Assembly (NCBI GenBank): GCA_964483785.1 | Contig: CAZACW010000003.1 | Location: forward strand, 20,559-84,558 | Source of the DNA: an uncultured Planctomycetales bacterium | GTDB lineage: Bacteria > Omnitrophota > Gorgyraeia > Zapsychrales > Fredricksoniimonadaceae | Reading direction: 5' to 3' | DNA length: 64,000 nucleotides | Part shown: in pieces, positions 22,820 through 31,823 of the stretch | Numbering within the stretch: the stretch's first letter is position 1 | How the letters are laid out: every line of letters starts with the position of its first letter | Notes under the pieces: model-generated | The model's database searches: none | Told to the model about the DNA's origin: nothing | The model's input: only the letters and a program-made list of their open reading frames with translations | Program-made: the position numbers and the translations under genes

Positions 22820-23623
22820 TCACCGGGCGCCGAAGCCGGTCAAAATGACCCGGAATGTGCGCAAGATGATCCTGATATCGGTCAGGAAGCTGATGTTCTT
22901 GATGTAGAGGATATCGTATTTGACTTTTTTGCGCACATCCGCGATGGTCTCATCGTAGCGGTGGTGCACTTGGGCCAGGCCGGTGATGCCGGGTTTGACT
23001 CTCAGGCGTTTTTTGTAATCACCGATTTGGCCTTCCAATTGCTTGACAAATACCGGGCGCTCAGGCCTGGGGCCGATAACGCTCATCTCCCCTTTTAACA
23101 CATTGATAAATTGAGGGATCTCATCCAGACGGCTTTTGCGCAAAAATTGGCCGATGGGTGTGATTCTTTTGTCCTTGGCCTTGGCCCAAACAGGCCCTGA
23201 ATCTTTTTCCGCATCGATATTCATGGTGCGGAATTTATAGATTTCAAAATTTTTGCCGTCCTTGCCGGAGCGGATCTGGCTGTAAAAAATCGGACCTTTG
23301 GAGCTGAGCTTAATCAAAGCCGCAACCAACAGGCAGATAGGAGATAAAAGCACCAGACAAACGCAGGAAATGAGGATATCCATGATTCTTTTGGAGACAT
23401 GATAGGCCCTTCTTAAAAAAGCCACGATCATGGTCAAGACGCCGCTGCCGAAAAGCAGAAAGCTGGAAGGTTCAGGGGCCCGGGAATGGGGCTGGGCGAG
23501 CAAGGCATTGGCCTTATGCACGGCAACCGTGGCGGCCCAGGCATGGGCGTCCATGCCAAGCACAGCGATTAAGGCTGCTCCGAAACAAATAAAAGCCATG
23601 GTTTTAGAGGTCGATTTCATCAT
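22820..23623 (-). CDS. PglC/WbaP-C-terminal-like polyprenyl-phosphate sugar phosphotransferase with an about 80-aa N-terminal extension containing a signal-peptide-like helix and a PEP-CTERM-like motif
   Basis: Core KRIMDILISCVCLVLLSPICLLVAALIKLSSKGPIFYSQIRSGKDGKNFEIYKFRTM ... GPRPER ... PGITGLAQV are small sugar-transferase signatures. The extension reads MMKSTSKTMAFICFGAALIAVLGMDAHAWA-ATVAV ... RAPEPSSFLLFGSGVLTMIVAFLRRAYH, that is PEP, a hydrophobic stretch, then RR. No in-frame stop between the extension and the core. Confidence 0.8.
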   Translation of the reverse strand: MMKSTSKTMAFICFGAALIAVLGMDAHAWAATVAVHKANALLAQPHSRAPEPSSFLLFGSGVLTMIVAFLRRAYHVSKRIMDILISCVCLVLLSPICLLVAALIKLSSKGPIFYSQIRSGKDGKNFEIYKFRTMNIDAEKDSGPVWAKAKDKRITPIGQFLRKSRLDEIPQFINVLKGEMSVIGPRPERPVFVKQLEGQIGDYKKRLRVKPGITGLAQVHHRYDETIADVRKKVKYDILYIKNISFLTDIRIILRTFRVILTGFGAR

Positions 23624-23671
23624 TTTTGCTGTTTTTAGAGATTAAAAATTTGGCTTACATTAGGGTATAGC

Positions 23672-23688
23672 AGCAATTACCGTGCCAA
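23672..23688 (-). promoter_or_regulatory. Sigma-54 (-24/-12) promoter TTGGCACGGTAATTGCT upstream of the PEP-CTERM/sugar-transferase gene
   Basis: On the minus strand: TGGCAC-GGTAA-TTGCT. This is an exact match to TGGCAC-N5-TTGCW with correct 5-nt spacing. It lies about 50 nt upstream of the start codon at 23623, inside an AT-rich 240-nt gap. Confidence 0.65.
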
Positions 23689-23862
23689 ACCGCTAAAATC
23701 GCGCAAAATATTTAAATTTTTATAACTTGATTATTTCCAGTATGATAGAGAATAAATATAAAAATAAGATTAAAATCCCATAAAAAATACGTTCAAATAA
23801 GCAAAATAGAGGTATTTAAATGTATAAGTTTTTCAACACCCTATGTCTGATTTGACTTTATA

Positions 23863-24495
23863 TTAAGGTAGGTATTGCGATAATTTTGGACCTAACATGC
23901 TGGCAAATGCATCGATACGTTTTGAGGCCTCATTTTGACGCCCATCAATAATGTCAGCAGAAATCCTAATTAGAGCAGTACCTGTTCTCTTACCGGTCAA
24001 GGTATTATAGGCTGATAAGGTCTGCTGTTTCCAATAGCTGTGGGTGTACAAATTACCCACCTTAAACCAATAATAGACAATTTGCTGGTTTTGGTCATTA
24101 TCCAGCAAAAGCCAGTTGACCTTGATCTTGGGCCGAGAAGGGTTAATTATAATAGTATTCTTGCCCTTGTCAAGGATAGAAAATCCTGAATCCTTGTAAA
24201 AAATATCCGGCGGATTGGCGGCTTTGGGATTGCTTTGGGAATAGGCAATATATAAATAAATCCGCCCATGTCTGGCAGAATCATAACGCCTCAGAAAGGC
24301 GTTCTTGGTTTCCAAAATAGACACGTCCACCCTGCCCAAAGGCAGTTCCTGCGCAGTCCAGGGGCCGATGGTGGCGGGGAATTTTTCAACGCTGATGGAG
24401 TCCGGGTGATTAAAAGAAGTGGAATAATATTCCCATGAAATGAACATGGTGAAGATGGCCAGGGTCAGAATAAAAAAATAGTAGCGTGAGGGCAT
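23863..24495 (-). CDS. EpsI-family exosortase-associated protein
   Basis: 210 aa, N-terminal TM, IGPWTAQELP motif, periplasmic domain. It sits immediately downstream of the exosortase gene. Confidence 0.55.
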   Translation of the reverse strand: MPSRYYFFILTLAIFTMFISWEYYSTSFNHPDSISVEKFPATIGPWTAQELPLGRVDVSILETKNAFLRRYDSARHGRIYLYIAYSQSNPKAANPPDIFYKDSGFSILDKGKNTIIINPSRPKIKVNWLLLDNDQNQQIVYYWFKVGNLYTHSYWKQQTLSAYNTLTGKRTGTALIRISADIIDGRQNEASKRIDAFASMLGPKLSQYLP

Positions 24496-24496
24496 T

Positions 24497-25375
24497 TTAG
24501 GTCAATAGTTTTTTAACGGTAAAAAGCATCAAAAAAGCAAAAATAAAGACCATGTACCCTGATAATCCATGGAGAAAGCCCTGGGTGTATTGCGTTCCCC
24601 AGATCTCCCCTACCGCAGCCAAGAACACGATGCGCAGGGCATTGGTGACCACGGCAATGGGGATGGCCGAGGCAAAAAGCAGGATTTTTTTCGACAATCT
24701 CAATTTCAAGCGGTAGGCAAAGATACTGCCTAAGGCAGCCAGGGAGATCAGGGACCTTAAGCCGCCGCAGGAATCCTCCACTTCCACGTAACTATGGGAC
24801 ATCATGATCAAACTGCTCTGCTGCAGCGCGGGAAGGCCCATGAGATTGAGGACCAAGGTGGCCAGGTGCGCGGCGATGATTTTCAATTTAAAACACACAA
24901 AAGCGACCAGGATGATGGGCATGGGCACCATGAAGGCCAGAAACAATACCGGAAAACGGATTTCCTTGAGCGTCCTTTCCCCGTAAAAATACAGGATAAG
25001 GCCAGCGAGGATGATGATCATGGCGAAACCTGAGGTGAAATACACATGCAGAATGGCGCTGGCCCAATAGAGGATGACGCCTGCGCTAAATAGTTCAAAT
25101 CCCCAATGGGAGGGTTTAACCGGGATTTTTTTAAGGACAGCCCTTTTTTTCCAAATCAAAAATGCGGAGATGACGGGGATGAGAATGCCGTGGCTGTAAT
25201 AGGAATTGTCCGCGAACCAGCGGTCCCACATCCACAGCATGGTCGGGAAAAACGCGGCCAGCAAAAAGACAAATACCAGCAATTCCCGTTGATGGTCCCT
25301 GATCAGGGCCTTGGTCTGGAGCATATCATGGGTGCCGCGCCTTTGTCCAGGCGGCCTGCTGTTGGGCCGTGACAA
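24497..25375 (-). CDS. Exosortase (EpsH/Xrt family transpeptidase)
   Basis: 292 aa polytopic membrane protein. Conserved Cys in VEDSCGGLRSLISLAALG and Asn/Arg in VVTNALRIVFLA match the exosortase catalytic signature. Genomic context is EpsI, GT2, deacetylase. Confidence 0.75.
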   Translation of the reverse strand: MSRPNSRPPGQRRGTHDMLQTKALIRDHQRELLVFVFLLAAFFPTMLWMWDRWFADNSYYSHGILIPVISAFLIWKKRAVLKKIPVKPSHWGFELFSAGVILYWASAILHVYFTSGFAMIIILAGLILYFYGERTLKEIRFPVLFLAFMVPMPIILVAFVCFKLKIIAAHLATLVLNLMGLPALQQSSLIMMSHSYVEVEDSCGGLRSLISLAALGSIFAYRLKLRLSKKILLFASAIPIAVVTNALRIVFLAAVGEIWGTQYTQGFLHGLSGYMVFIFAFLMLFTVKKLLT

Positions 25376-26477
25376 AACGCCAAAAGCCGGCCAGCGCTGA
25401 GAAATTCAAAAGACAGAACACATACGGCACGTAGCAAACTTTGGAGATGTATTTCAAAAGGCCCTGGCGGCCCTCCCGCGTCAGATGCCCGATGAGGGCC
25501 GCCAGATAAAAGGCGGATTGAAGGACAAAGAAAAATCGGAAAACAGCATCATAAATTAGCACAAGATTGATCAAAAATAAAGCGATAAGGCAAAACGGGA
25601 CCATGACTCTCAGGAATTTATGGGAGATCAAGGGCCAGGCAATGGGGCTTTTCAAGGGGATGAACATGTCCGGAAAAAGGAAAAAAATCTGGTAATTGCC
25701 AAACAGGGTCCTGGTCTTGCGGCGGTATTCTTCCTTGGGGGAAGCTGCTACCTCATCAAAGGCCAGGGCACTGCCGTCGAAGACGGCCCGAAAACCCTGG
25801 CGGATGATGGCCAAGGGAATGTACATATCATCCAGGACAATGTCCAAAGGCCCGGGGACAAACAGATTTTTACGGATGGCGTAAATGGCGCCGGTCGAAC
25901 CCAGCATGGAATGCAGGGCGCTTTCCTGGCGGCGGATGAATTTTTCATAGGTCCAATACAGGCTGACCCCCTGGGCCGTGCTCCCTTGCTTGGGCGCGAA
26001 GACCAATTCCCCGCTGACACAGCCGATCTTGGGGTCGGCGAAATTGGCGGTCAATTGCTTCAGCGCGCCGGGGTCGATGTTTTGCCTGGCATCATTGAAA
26101 AAGATGATCTCATGGCCGGCATGCTCCACCAGGCTGTTGAGGGTGGCCATTTTTCCCTGGCGCTTTGGATTGACAAAGAGTTTGACCCGCGGGCTTAAAT
26201 AAGGGCGGATGATCTCATGGGTCAGGTCGCTGGAGCCGTCGGAGCCGATCAAAATTTCCAATTTGTTTTCGGGGTAATCGAGTTTAAGGAGATTTTGGAT
26301 TTTGGGACCGATCACATCTTCTTCATTGTAGACCGAGATGAGCAGAGAAACCGTCGGCTCATAGGAGGATTTATGCACCGGGTTTTTCAAAAGCCTGGCC
26401 AGCGCAAAGACCAGGCAGGGATAAAGAAAATAACAATAAACGACGAGCGACAAAATCGTCCAGAAGAGGATGGTCAT
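25326..26477 (-). CDS. Family 2 glycosyltransferase with C-terminal TM helices (processive synthase-like)
   Basis: LISVYNEEDVIGPKIQNLLKLDYP ... ILIGSDGSSD ... DAR, plus multiple C-terminal hydrophobic helices. Confidence 0.75.
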   Translation of the reverse strand: MTILFWTILSLVVYCYFLYPCLVFALARLLKNPVHKSSYEPTVSLLISVYNEEDVIGPKIQNLLKLDYPENKLEILIGSDGSSDLTHEIIRPYLSPRVKLFVNPKRQGKMATLNSLVEHAGHEIIFFNDARQNIDPGALKQLTANFADPKIGCVSGELVFAPKQGSTAQGVSLYWTYEKFIRRQESALHSMLGSTGAIYAIRKNLFVPGPLDIVLDDMYIPLAIIRQGFRAVFDGSALAFDEVAASPKEEYRRKTRTLFGNYQIFFLFPDMFIPLKSPIAWPLISHKFLRVMVPFCLIALFLINLVLIYDAVFRFFFVLQSAFYLAALIGHLTREGRQGLLKYISKVCYVPYVFCLLNFSALAGFWRFVTAQQQAAWTKARHP

Positions 26478-27256
26478 TGGATGAGTTTAATGAAGAGGCT
26501 GCGCAGTCCATTGTATCCGTTTTCGCGCAGCAGGATTTTCAAGGTCCTTTTGACCGCGTCCCCCGTCCTTTCCAGGAAAGGGGTCTTGCCATGCATGGCC
26601 AGATCGAAACGGGCCAGGTTCCAATGGGACTTGACCGCGATGCGGCTGATGCATCCTGATTTAAGCCAGGCCTGGGGTTCAGAAATGAAAATGGTCTTAT
26701 ACCCCAGCCCATAGGCGGTCTCGATGATTTTTTCGTTGCAAAACCCCCTGGGGATGGACAGGGCATCAATGCTGATCCCCAAATTTTTTTCCAGGTTTTT
26801 TTTGGAGGCCCGCAATTCCTCCTCCATTTGGGAATCCAGCAAATTGGTGAGGATCTCATGGCTCAAGCCGTGGGAGCCGATCACCATGCCGGCCTCATGC
26901 AGTTCTTTGAGCTCCTTCCAGCCCATATAGCCGTCCCTGCCCACCCTTTTGATGATGATGAAAAAATAAGCCTTCCATCCCATGCTTTTTAAGACCGGCA
27001 GGGCCTGCTTGTGATTGTTCATTTCCCCGTCGTCAAAGGTGATGATCACGGGTTTGGGGCCCATCAGCGCTGCGGTGTTTTCATACAGCGTTGGTTCAAA
27101 TCCCTGCTCTTTGAGCCAGTTCATCTGGGTGACGAAATTATCCAGGGACACATCATACAGGTGCGCCCCTGTTTCGCGGTCATCCGGCAGACGGCCCGGC
27201 TCATTGGCACTGATGCCGTGGTACATCAGGGTGATGGGATTAAGTCCTTGAGGCAC
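26474..27256 (-). CDS. Polysaccharide deacetylase (NodB homology domain), exosortase-locus type
   Basis: IITFDDGEMNNHKQALPVLKSMGWKAYFF ... GSHGLSHE are NodB motifs 1-3. Confidence 0.8.
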   Translation of the reverse strand: MPQGLNPITLMYHGISANEPGRLPDDRETGAHLYDVSLDNFVTQMNWLKEQGFEPTLYENTAALMGPKPVIITFDDGEMNNHKQALPVLKSMGWKAYFFIIIKRVGRDGYMGWKELKELHEAGMVIGSHGLSHEILTNLLDSQMEEELRASKKNLEKNLGISIDALSIPRGFCNEKIIETAYGLGYKTIFISEPQAWLKSGCISRIAVKSHWNLARFDLAMHGKTPFLERTGDAVKRTLKILLRENGYNGLRSLFIKLIQ

Positions 27257-27275
27257 AAGGCCGCTCCTTGAAATT

Positions 27276-27809
27276 TTACGATTCCATTAAACTCATGCGC
27301 GCCACCACAATGCGGCCGCGCAAGGACCCCGACGCATCGGAGTATTTTTCCAGGTTGAGCGCATTGATAAAGTAAAAGTTGGGCGGGTCCTGCAAGGCGC
27401 GCAAAAACTGCACGATGTCCAGCCATTGCCCGTCGATTTCCAGCTCCACCGGGAAAAAACTGGCCTCTTTCTGGATGAAGGACCTTTGCGGCTGGATATT
27501 GGCGATATGGATATTGCTTTCCCTGGCCGCGGCCTCGATTTTGGAGATGATCGCAGGGGCCTGGGTCTCTTCTGACCCGGCCAGGCCGATGGCATCCGCC
27601 AGATTATGGTACCTGGTTTCGATCATGCCCCCCTGGCCCAAGACCTGGCGGCTCTTTAAAAGTCTGGCCTTGGTGACCCGCAGTTGATCGTCGATGTCCG
27701 CGGCCCCTTCCTTAACGGGCCTGATCACCCAGAGGTAAACAAGAAAAACAGCCGAAAGCCCCAGGGTGATGCTCAGGATGATGGTTTCGCGTTGGCTAAG
27801 CTTTTTCAT
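27276..27809 (-). CDS. gspM: T2SS protein M-like (GspM/PilO fold)
   Basis: 177 aa with a short N-terminal cytoplasmic segment, one TM and a periplasmic domain. Last gene of the gsp-ordered operon. Confidence 0.5.
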   Translation of the reverse strand: MKKLSQRETIILSITLGLSAVFLVYLWVIRPVKEGAADIDDQLRVTKARLLKSRQVLGQGGMIETRYHNLADAIGLAGSEETQAPAIISKIEAAARESNIHIANIQPQRSFIQKEASFFPVELEIDGQWLDIVQFLRALQDPPNFYFINALNLEKYSDASGSLRGRIVVARMSLMES

Positions 27810-29235
27810 GCGGTGCGCTCATGGGTTTAAAGGCGCAGGTGATCTTGAAATAATCCACTTCTCCCTGCTGGGTCACCCGTTTATTGACATAATCCAAATT
27901 CACATTGGAAAATTTTTGGTAATTGGCCAGGTCTTTTTGGAATTGGTTGACATCGACGGGGTTTGAGGCCACCCCTTGAAACGAGAGGCTGTTGTTTTCA
28001 TTCAGGGCCATGCTGACCAGATACACCTGGGCCGGCAGGACACGGTAAATTTCCAAGGCCAAATCAGAAAAGACCAGGCGGTTTTTGACCATCGATTCAA
28101 TATCATGGATTTTTTTCAGCCGCTCCTCCACCTTCTGGGCCGCTTCTTTGGTGGTGCGCAGCTGGTCCTTAAGCTTGGCCAGCTGGATATTTTTTTTGAC
28201 ATAGCCCATGCTTAAAGAGAGCCCCAGGGCGGCCAGGGCCGCGGCCAGCCAAAGGCCGCAGATGATCAGCTGGCGCTGATGCATCTTTTGTTCCTGGGAT
28301 TGCCGCACAGCTGTTGGGACCAAATTGATGGGCGGTGTTTGACTGCTTAAGGCAATGCCGGCCAGCGGCGCCAGGGACATGCCCTCTTGCGTGCATAAGG
28401 AGGGTATGCGCACATCACGGGCCAATTTTAAGAATTTTGTCAACAGCACATCCTGAATGTTTAAGGCATTTTGGGTTTTGGTCAGTTCCTGGCCAAGGGC
28501 AAAAGCCCCTTCCCAGCAGCTGATGATATACACCGTGTCCAAGGCCTGGGCCGCCTTTTCGCCGCCGATATTATGCTGGGTCAGTTCCCATTGTTTTAAT
28601 ATTTCCCCATAACCGTCCTGAGCGATCTGGGTGAGACCCGACGGCAATTCTCTCGATGCAGACCAGTGCGCGGGATGGCAGACGCAGATTTCGCTTTTGT
28701 CAAGGTCAAGGTCAAAGACCGCCGCAGGCTTGTCCCCTGTATTGGGCCATTGGGTGTAAAGGTTCCAGAGGCCGATGGAGGAGAGCGTGATGCTGTGCAC
28801 CCTGACCTTGGCCTCCGCGAAGATTTTCCAATAGCGCATGGCGGTTTCCTGCGGGATGATGACCACAGCCACCTTGGCGTATCCGTCGGGAGATTTGGCC
28901 AGGACTTGAAAATCCATCTGCACTTCTTCCAATTCATAGGGAATGCTGCTGCTAACCTGCAGTTCGATCATGGAACGGATCTCGCTGTCCTGATGGGAAG
29001 GCACGGACATCAAACGCAGGATCACCCGCGAGCGCGGGATCACCACGGTCACCCTGGCCTCGTTCAAATTTAATCTGCGCCTTTTAAGAAAGGTCCAGAG
29101 GCCCTGGCTGATTTGAGCTTCGCTCTGGCCTTTGATCAAAAGCACATCCAGGGCCGTAACGAGCTTGGAGCTTGTCAGGACCTGTAAAAATTTGATGCGT
29201 TCCTCGTCGATATAAAACACGGCGTTGGATTTCAT
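27796..29235 (-). CDS. gspL: T2SS protein L-like (cytoplasmic actin-like domain + TM + periplasmic PilN-like domain). The true start is MKSNAVFYIDEERIKF. The upstream 52 codons in the ORF track are an Arg-rich read-through.
   Basis: Architecture is cytoplasmic domain, TM (LIICGLWLAAALAALGLSL), periplasmic domain. Position between gspK-like and gspM-like genes. Confidence 0.5.
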   Translation of the reverse strand: MKSNAVFYIDEERIKFLQVLTSSKLVTALDVLLIKGQSEAQISQGLWTFLKRRRLNLNEARVTVVIPRSRVILRLMSVPSHQDSEIRSMIELQVSSSIPYELEEVQMDFQVLAKSPDGYAKVAVVIIPQETAMRYWKIFAEAKVRVHSITLSSIGLWNLYTQWPNTGDKPAAVFDLDLDKSEICVCHPAHWSASRELPSGLTQIAQDGYGEILKQWELTQHNIGGEKAAQALDTVYIISCWEGAFALGQELTKTQNALNIQDVLLTKFLKLARDVRIPSLCTQEGMSLAPLAGIALSSQTPPINLVPTAVRQSQEQKMHQRQLIICGLWLAAALAALGLSLSMGYVKKNIQLAKLKDQLRTTKEAAQKVEERLKKIHDIESMVKNRLVFSDLALEIYRVLPAQVYLVSMALNENNSLSFQGVASNPVDVNQFQKDLANYQKFSNVNLDYVNKRVTQQGEVDYFKITCAFKPMSAPHEKA

Positions 29236-29237
29236 CT

Positions 29238-30254
29238 TTAATCCCTTTGCCGGGACACCAGAACGGCCGGCGCGCCGGGCACGCGATGGATCACCGCTTC
29301 GATGATGGATCGCGCACCGCTGACAGCGTCGATGCCGATGACCCTGGCCCGGTAATAATTGGAGACCCCTTCCTGCAGGGCCGCGGGCCAATTGGGGTCA
29401 GCCACGCTGGCCAAGGACCCTGCCCCGTCGTCCAAGGTAAAAGACCGGCTGTCCGCGCCGTCGCGCAGGGCATAGGCTTGGCTGATCACCTCATCGGCGT
29501 TGACAGACGGATTAACGCGGGCCGCGGCATGGACAACGGCCTGGATCACGTCATTGTCGGCCGTGTCCACATTGACTCTAAGGCCGTTTTGGATGTCCCC
29601 ATAAACAGTCACATCGTCTTTTATTTTAGCAAAAATTTCCTTGGTCATGCCATTTACTTCCAATAATTCCAGGAGATTTTCATAGGGCCTGTTTTTGGTC
29701 TTCAACAGCGCATCATCCAGGTTTTTGAAAGACTGATTGTTGCTGGCCTGCGCGTTTAAGCCCGTGTAATTGACGATGGCCAGGGCCAGCCTGTCCCCTT
29801 CTGCCAATGAAAGGCCATAGACCTGCAGCAAGGCGCTGAGGACCTGGTAATTGGAAATCCCGATGGCATTGATATTGATGCGCCCCCCTTCATCCCTGAT
29901 GCCGTATTGCATCTGCCCGTCGTCCACACCGTTGAAATGCGCTGCCGGCCAGGCGATGATGGCGTAGTTACGGGGGCCGGTGTCGACATGGGAAAATAAT
30001 GTTTCAGGGCTTTGGGTGGCGCTGATCAGAATGCCGTCGGAATATAAACAGTCCTTGGCCGCGGGCGCTTTTTGCAGAAGATCCAGGACCTGATTGAGCC
30101 CGGAGCGCGCGGCTGCCAGGGAGCGCAGTTTTCCCCGGTAGGTGTCGACCAGGGACACTTCCAGCGCGGCGCGCCGGCCAAGGCCCCAGGCGATCAAGGC
30201 CAAAATGATCAGGACCCATAAGGCCACGATCAAGACAGCGCCTCTATTGTTCAT
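29238..30254 (-). CDS. gspK: Minor pseudopilin GspK-like (start at MNNRGAVLIVALWVLIIL, no Glu+5)
   Basis: Prepilin-like N-terminus lacking the conserved glutamate. About 338 aa. Position after gspJ-like. Confidence 0.5.
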   Translation of the reverse strand: MNNRGAVLIVALWVLIILALIAWGLGRRAALEVSLVDTYRGKLRSLAAARSGLNQVLDLLQKAPAAKDCLYSDGILISATQSPETLFSHVDTGPRNYAIIAWPAAHFNGVDDGQMQYGIRDEGGRININAIGISNYQVLSALLQVYGLSLAEGDRLALAIVNYTGLNAQASNNQSFKNLDDALLKTKNRPYENLLELLEVNGMTKEIFAKIKDDVTVYGDIQNGLRVNVDTADNDVIQAVVHAAARVNPSVNADEVISQAYALRDGADSRSFTLDDGAGSLASVADPNWPAALQEGVSNYYRARVIGIDAVSGARSIIEAVIHRVPGAPAVLVSRQRD

Positions 30255-30972
30255 TGTACAGGCCCTCCACCGGCGGCAAGTAAAAATCACGTTTAAACAC
30301 CGGGCCTCCTGCGCGGCTGGACGGATCAGACAGCACAAAGGCGCAGGACACGGCCAAAGGGAGCCCTTTTTCGTCCCAGCTTTCGGCAAAATTCAGCTCC
30401 TGCGCCCCGCCTGTATGCAGGTTTTTGGTAAAAGGCGCAAAGCGGCAGTTGAAGCTTCCTTTTTTTAAACCAGCGGCGATGATTTGGGTGGACGCATCAT
30501 GGTTCGTTTCATTAAGCCAGTCCGCCAAACTGCTTTCCTGCCTCAGCAAAAACTCATCCGGCGATGACCCTGAATTTGCGCTGCCGCCGTGATTGACCAC
30601 GCGGCCGATCATGGCATAGGCCAGGCCTCCTGGCGGCGGAAGGCCGGCATAATAACGGACATGTTTAAGGCCCGATGGGGTCTGGGTCATGAAGGAGAAT
30701 TCCTGCGCCTGGCCTTCAAAGACCGCGGCATCGGGATAGGAACCGGACAGATCGAGGCTGACCGCATTGTCCAGGTCGCGGGTCATGGCTTGATCCGCCA
30801 GCAGGATTTCCATCCAATGGTCATGGCTGTGCCTCAAGCGTTCATCGAGTTTCATGGAAGACCAAAAGAGATTGTAAACGCTGACGCCGATGATGGCGGC
30901 GATGGCCAGCCCCAGCAGAACTTCGACGAGGGTAAAGGCCCGGGGTGAATGTTGGAGTCGTTTAATTCTCAT
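30244..30972 (-). CDS. gspJ: Minor pseudopilin GspJ-like
   Basis: N-terminus RAFTLVEVLLGLAIAAII is a prepilin cleavage/methylation motif. 242 aa. Confidence 0.5.
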   Translation of the reverse strand: MRIKRLQHSPRAFTLVEVLLGLAIAAIIGVSVYNLFWSSMKLDERLRHSHDHWMEILLADQAMTRDLDNAVSLDLSGSYPDAAVFEGQAQEFSFMTQTPSGLKHVRYYAGLPPPGGLAYAMIGRVVNHGGSANSGSSPDEFLLRQESSLADWLNETNHDASTQIIAAGLKKGSFNCRFAPFTKNLHTGGAQELNFAESWDEKGLPLAVSCAFVLSDPSSRAGGPVFKRDFYLPPVEGLYNEQ

Positions 30973-31336
30973 CGAGGCTGTACAGGATTGAGCTTACGGC
31001 CATGCGGTTTGCACCTGACCCGGCGGGCCATTGCAAGGTCAGGTCCACTTTTTTCAAATGCGCATTGACCCTGCTGGTTTGGGCGCTTGTGGTCATGAGC
31101 TCATAGGGCTTGTCCATGGGCCGCGCCGCGCTCTCCAGCTGGTCCGGTGCGCCGCTGCTGGCCCACAGGAGCCCCAATTGGTTTTCCATGGCGAGCAAAG
31201 CCCTGACTGTTTCCTGAAACCTGAGGCCGGTGCGGTAATTGGTCCAGAGCGATTCGACGATGAAGGTCAGGACAATGCTGACAATGACAATGGTCAGCAC
31301 GGCCTCCAAGAGCATAAACCCGTTTTTATTCTTCAT
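30962..31336 (-). CDS. gspI: Minor pseudopilin GspI-like
   Basis: N-terminus NGFMLLEAVLTIVIV. 124 aa. Confidence 0.5.
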   Translation of the reverse strand: MKNKNGFMLLEAVLTIVIVSIVLTFIVESLWTNYRTGLRFQETVRALLAMENQLGLLWASSGAPDQLESAARPMDKPYELMTTSAQTSRVNAHLKKVDLTLQWPAGSGANRMAVSSILYSLDEN

Positions 31337-31823
31337 GGTCTTCCTTGATCATCATGCCCCGCACCGTGGATGAGCTTAAGGTGGTTTTGAAAGCGGATGA
31401 ATCCAGGACAATGGACGCGGGATCAATGGTCCCGTCCGGATGAAACTGAATGCTTGAGGGTTGCACATCGACCCGCACAGCCTCTGGCACAGGGTGCGGC
31501 CTGCCTAAGGAGCCGTTGACCGGCTCAAAACTGTCCTCTTCATCCTCTGCCTGGCCTTCCTTGGCGCGCATCAGTTTATACGCGCGGCCGTCCTCGGCAA
31601 AGCGCAAGGCATAGGCCCTTTGCTGGCCGATGGCCATGGCCTGCGCCCAGCGGCTGATGTGAAGCAAATCATCCGCGGTCTGGTTCAACTGAAAATGCGC
31701 GTAACCTTTGGAAAAATTGGGCGCGCTAAGCGCCAGGACGATCCCCAGCACGATGATGACCAAAAGCAATTCCACAAGCGTCAGGCCGCTATTTGCCTTC
31801 GGTGCCCCAATTGGTGATATCAT
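31326..31823 (-). CDS. gspH: Pseudopilin GspH-like (start near MISPIGAPKANSGLTLVELLLVII)
   Basis: GLTLVELLLVIIVLGI prepilin motif. The ORF-track start at 31910 overlaps gspG. Confidence 0.5.
   Translation of the reverse strand: MISPIGAPKANSGLTLVELLLVIIVLGIVLALSAPNFSKGYAHFQLNQTADDLLHISRWAQAMAIGQQRAYALRFAEDGRAYKLMRAKEGQAEDEEDSFEPVNGSLGRPHPVPEAVRVDVQPSSIQFHPDGTIDPASIVLDSSAFKTTLSSSTVRGMMIKEDHEE

Noticed and set aside
25620-26198. 192-aa plus-strand ORF
   Set aside because: Antisense to the GT2 gene of the exosortase cassette.
29236-29391. Arg-rich 52-codon N-terminal extension of the gspL-like ORF (MARGPAGRGLQLLPGQGHRHRR ...)
   Set aside because: It reads through the 3' end of the gspK-like gene in another frame and is compositionally unlike the rest. 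The Met at 29235 gives a sensible start.
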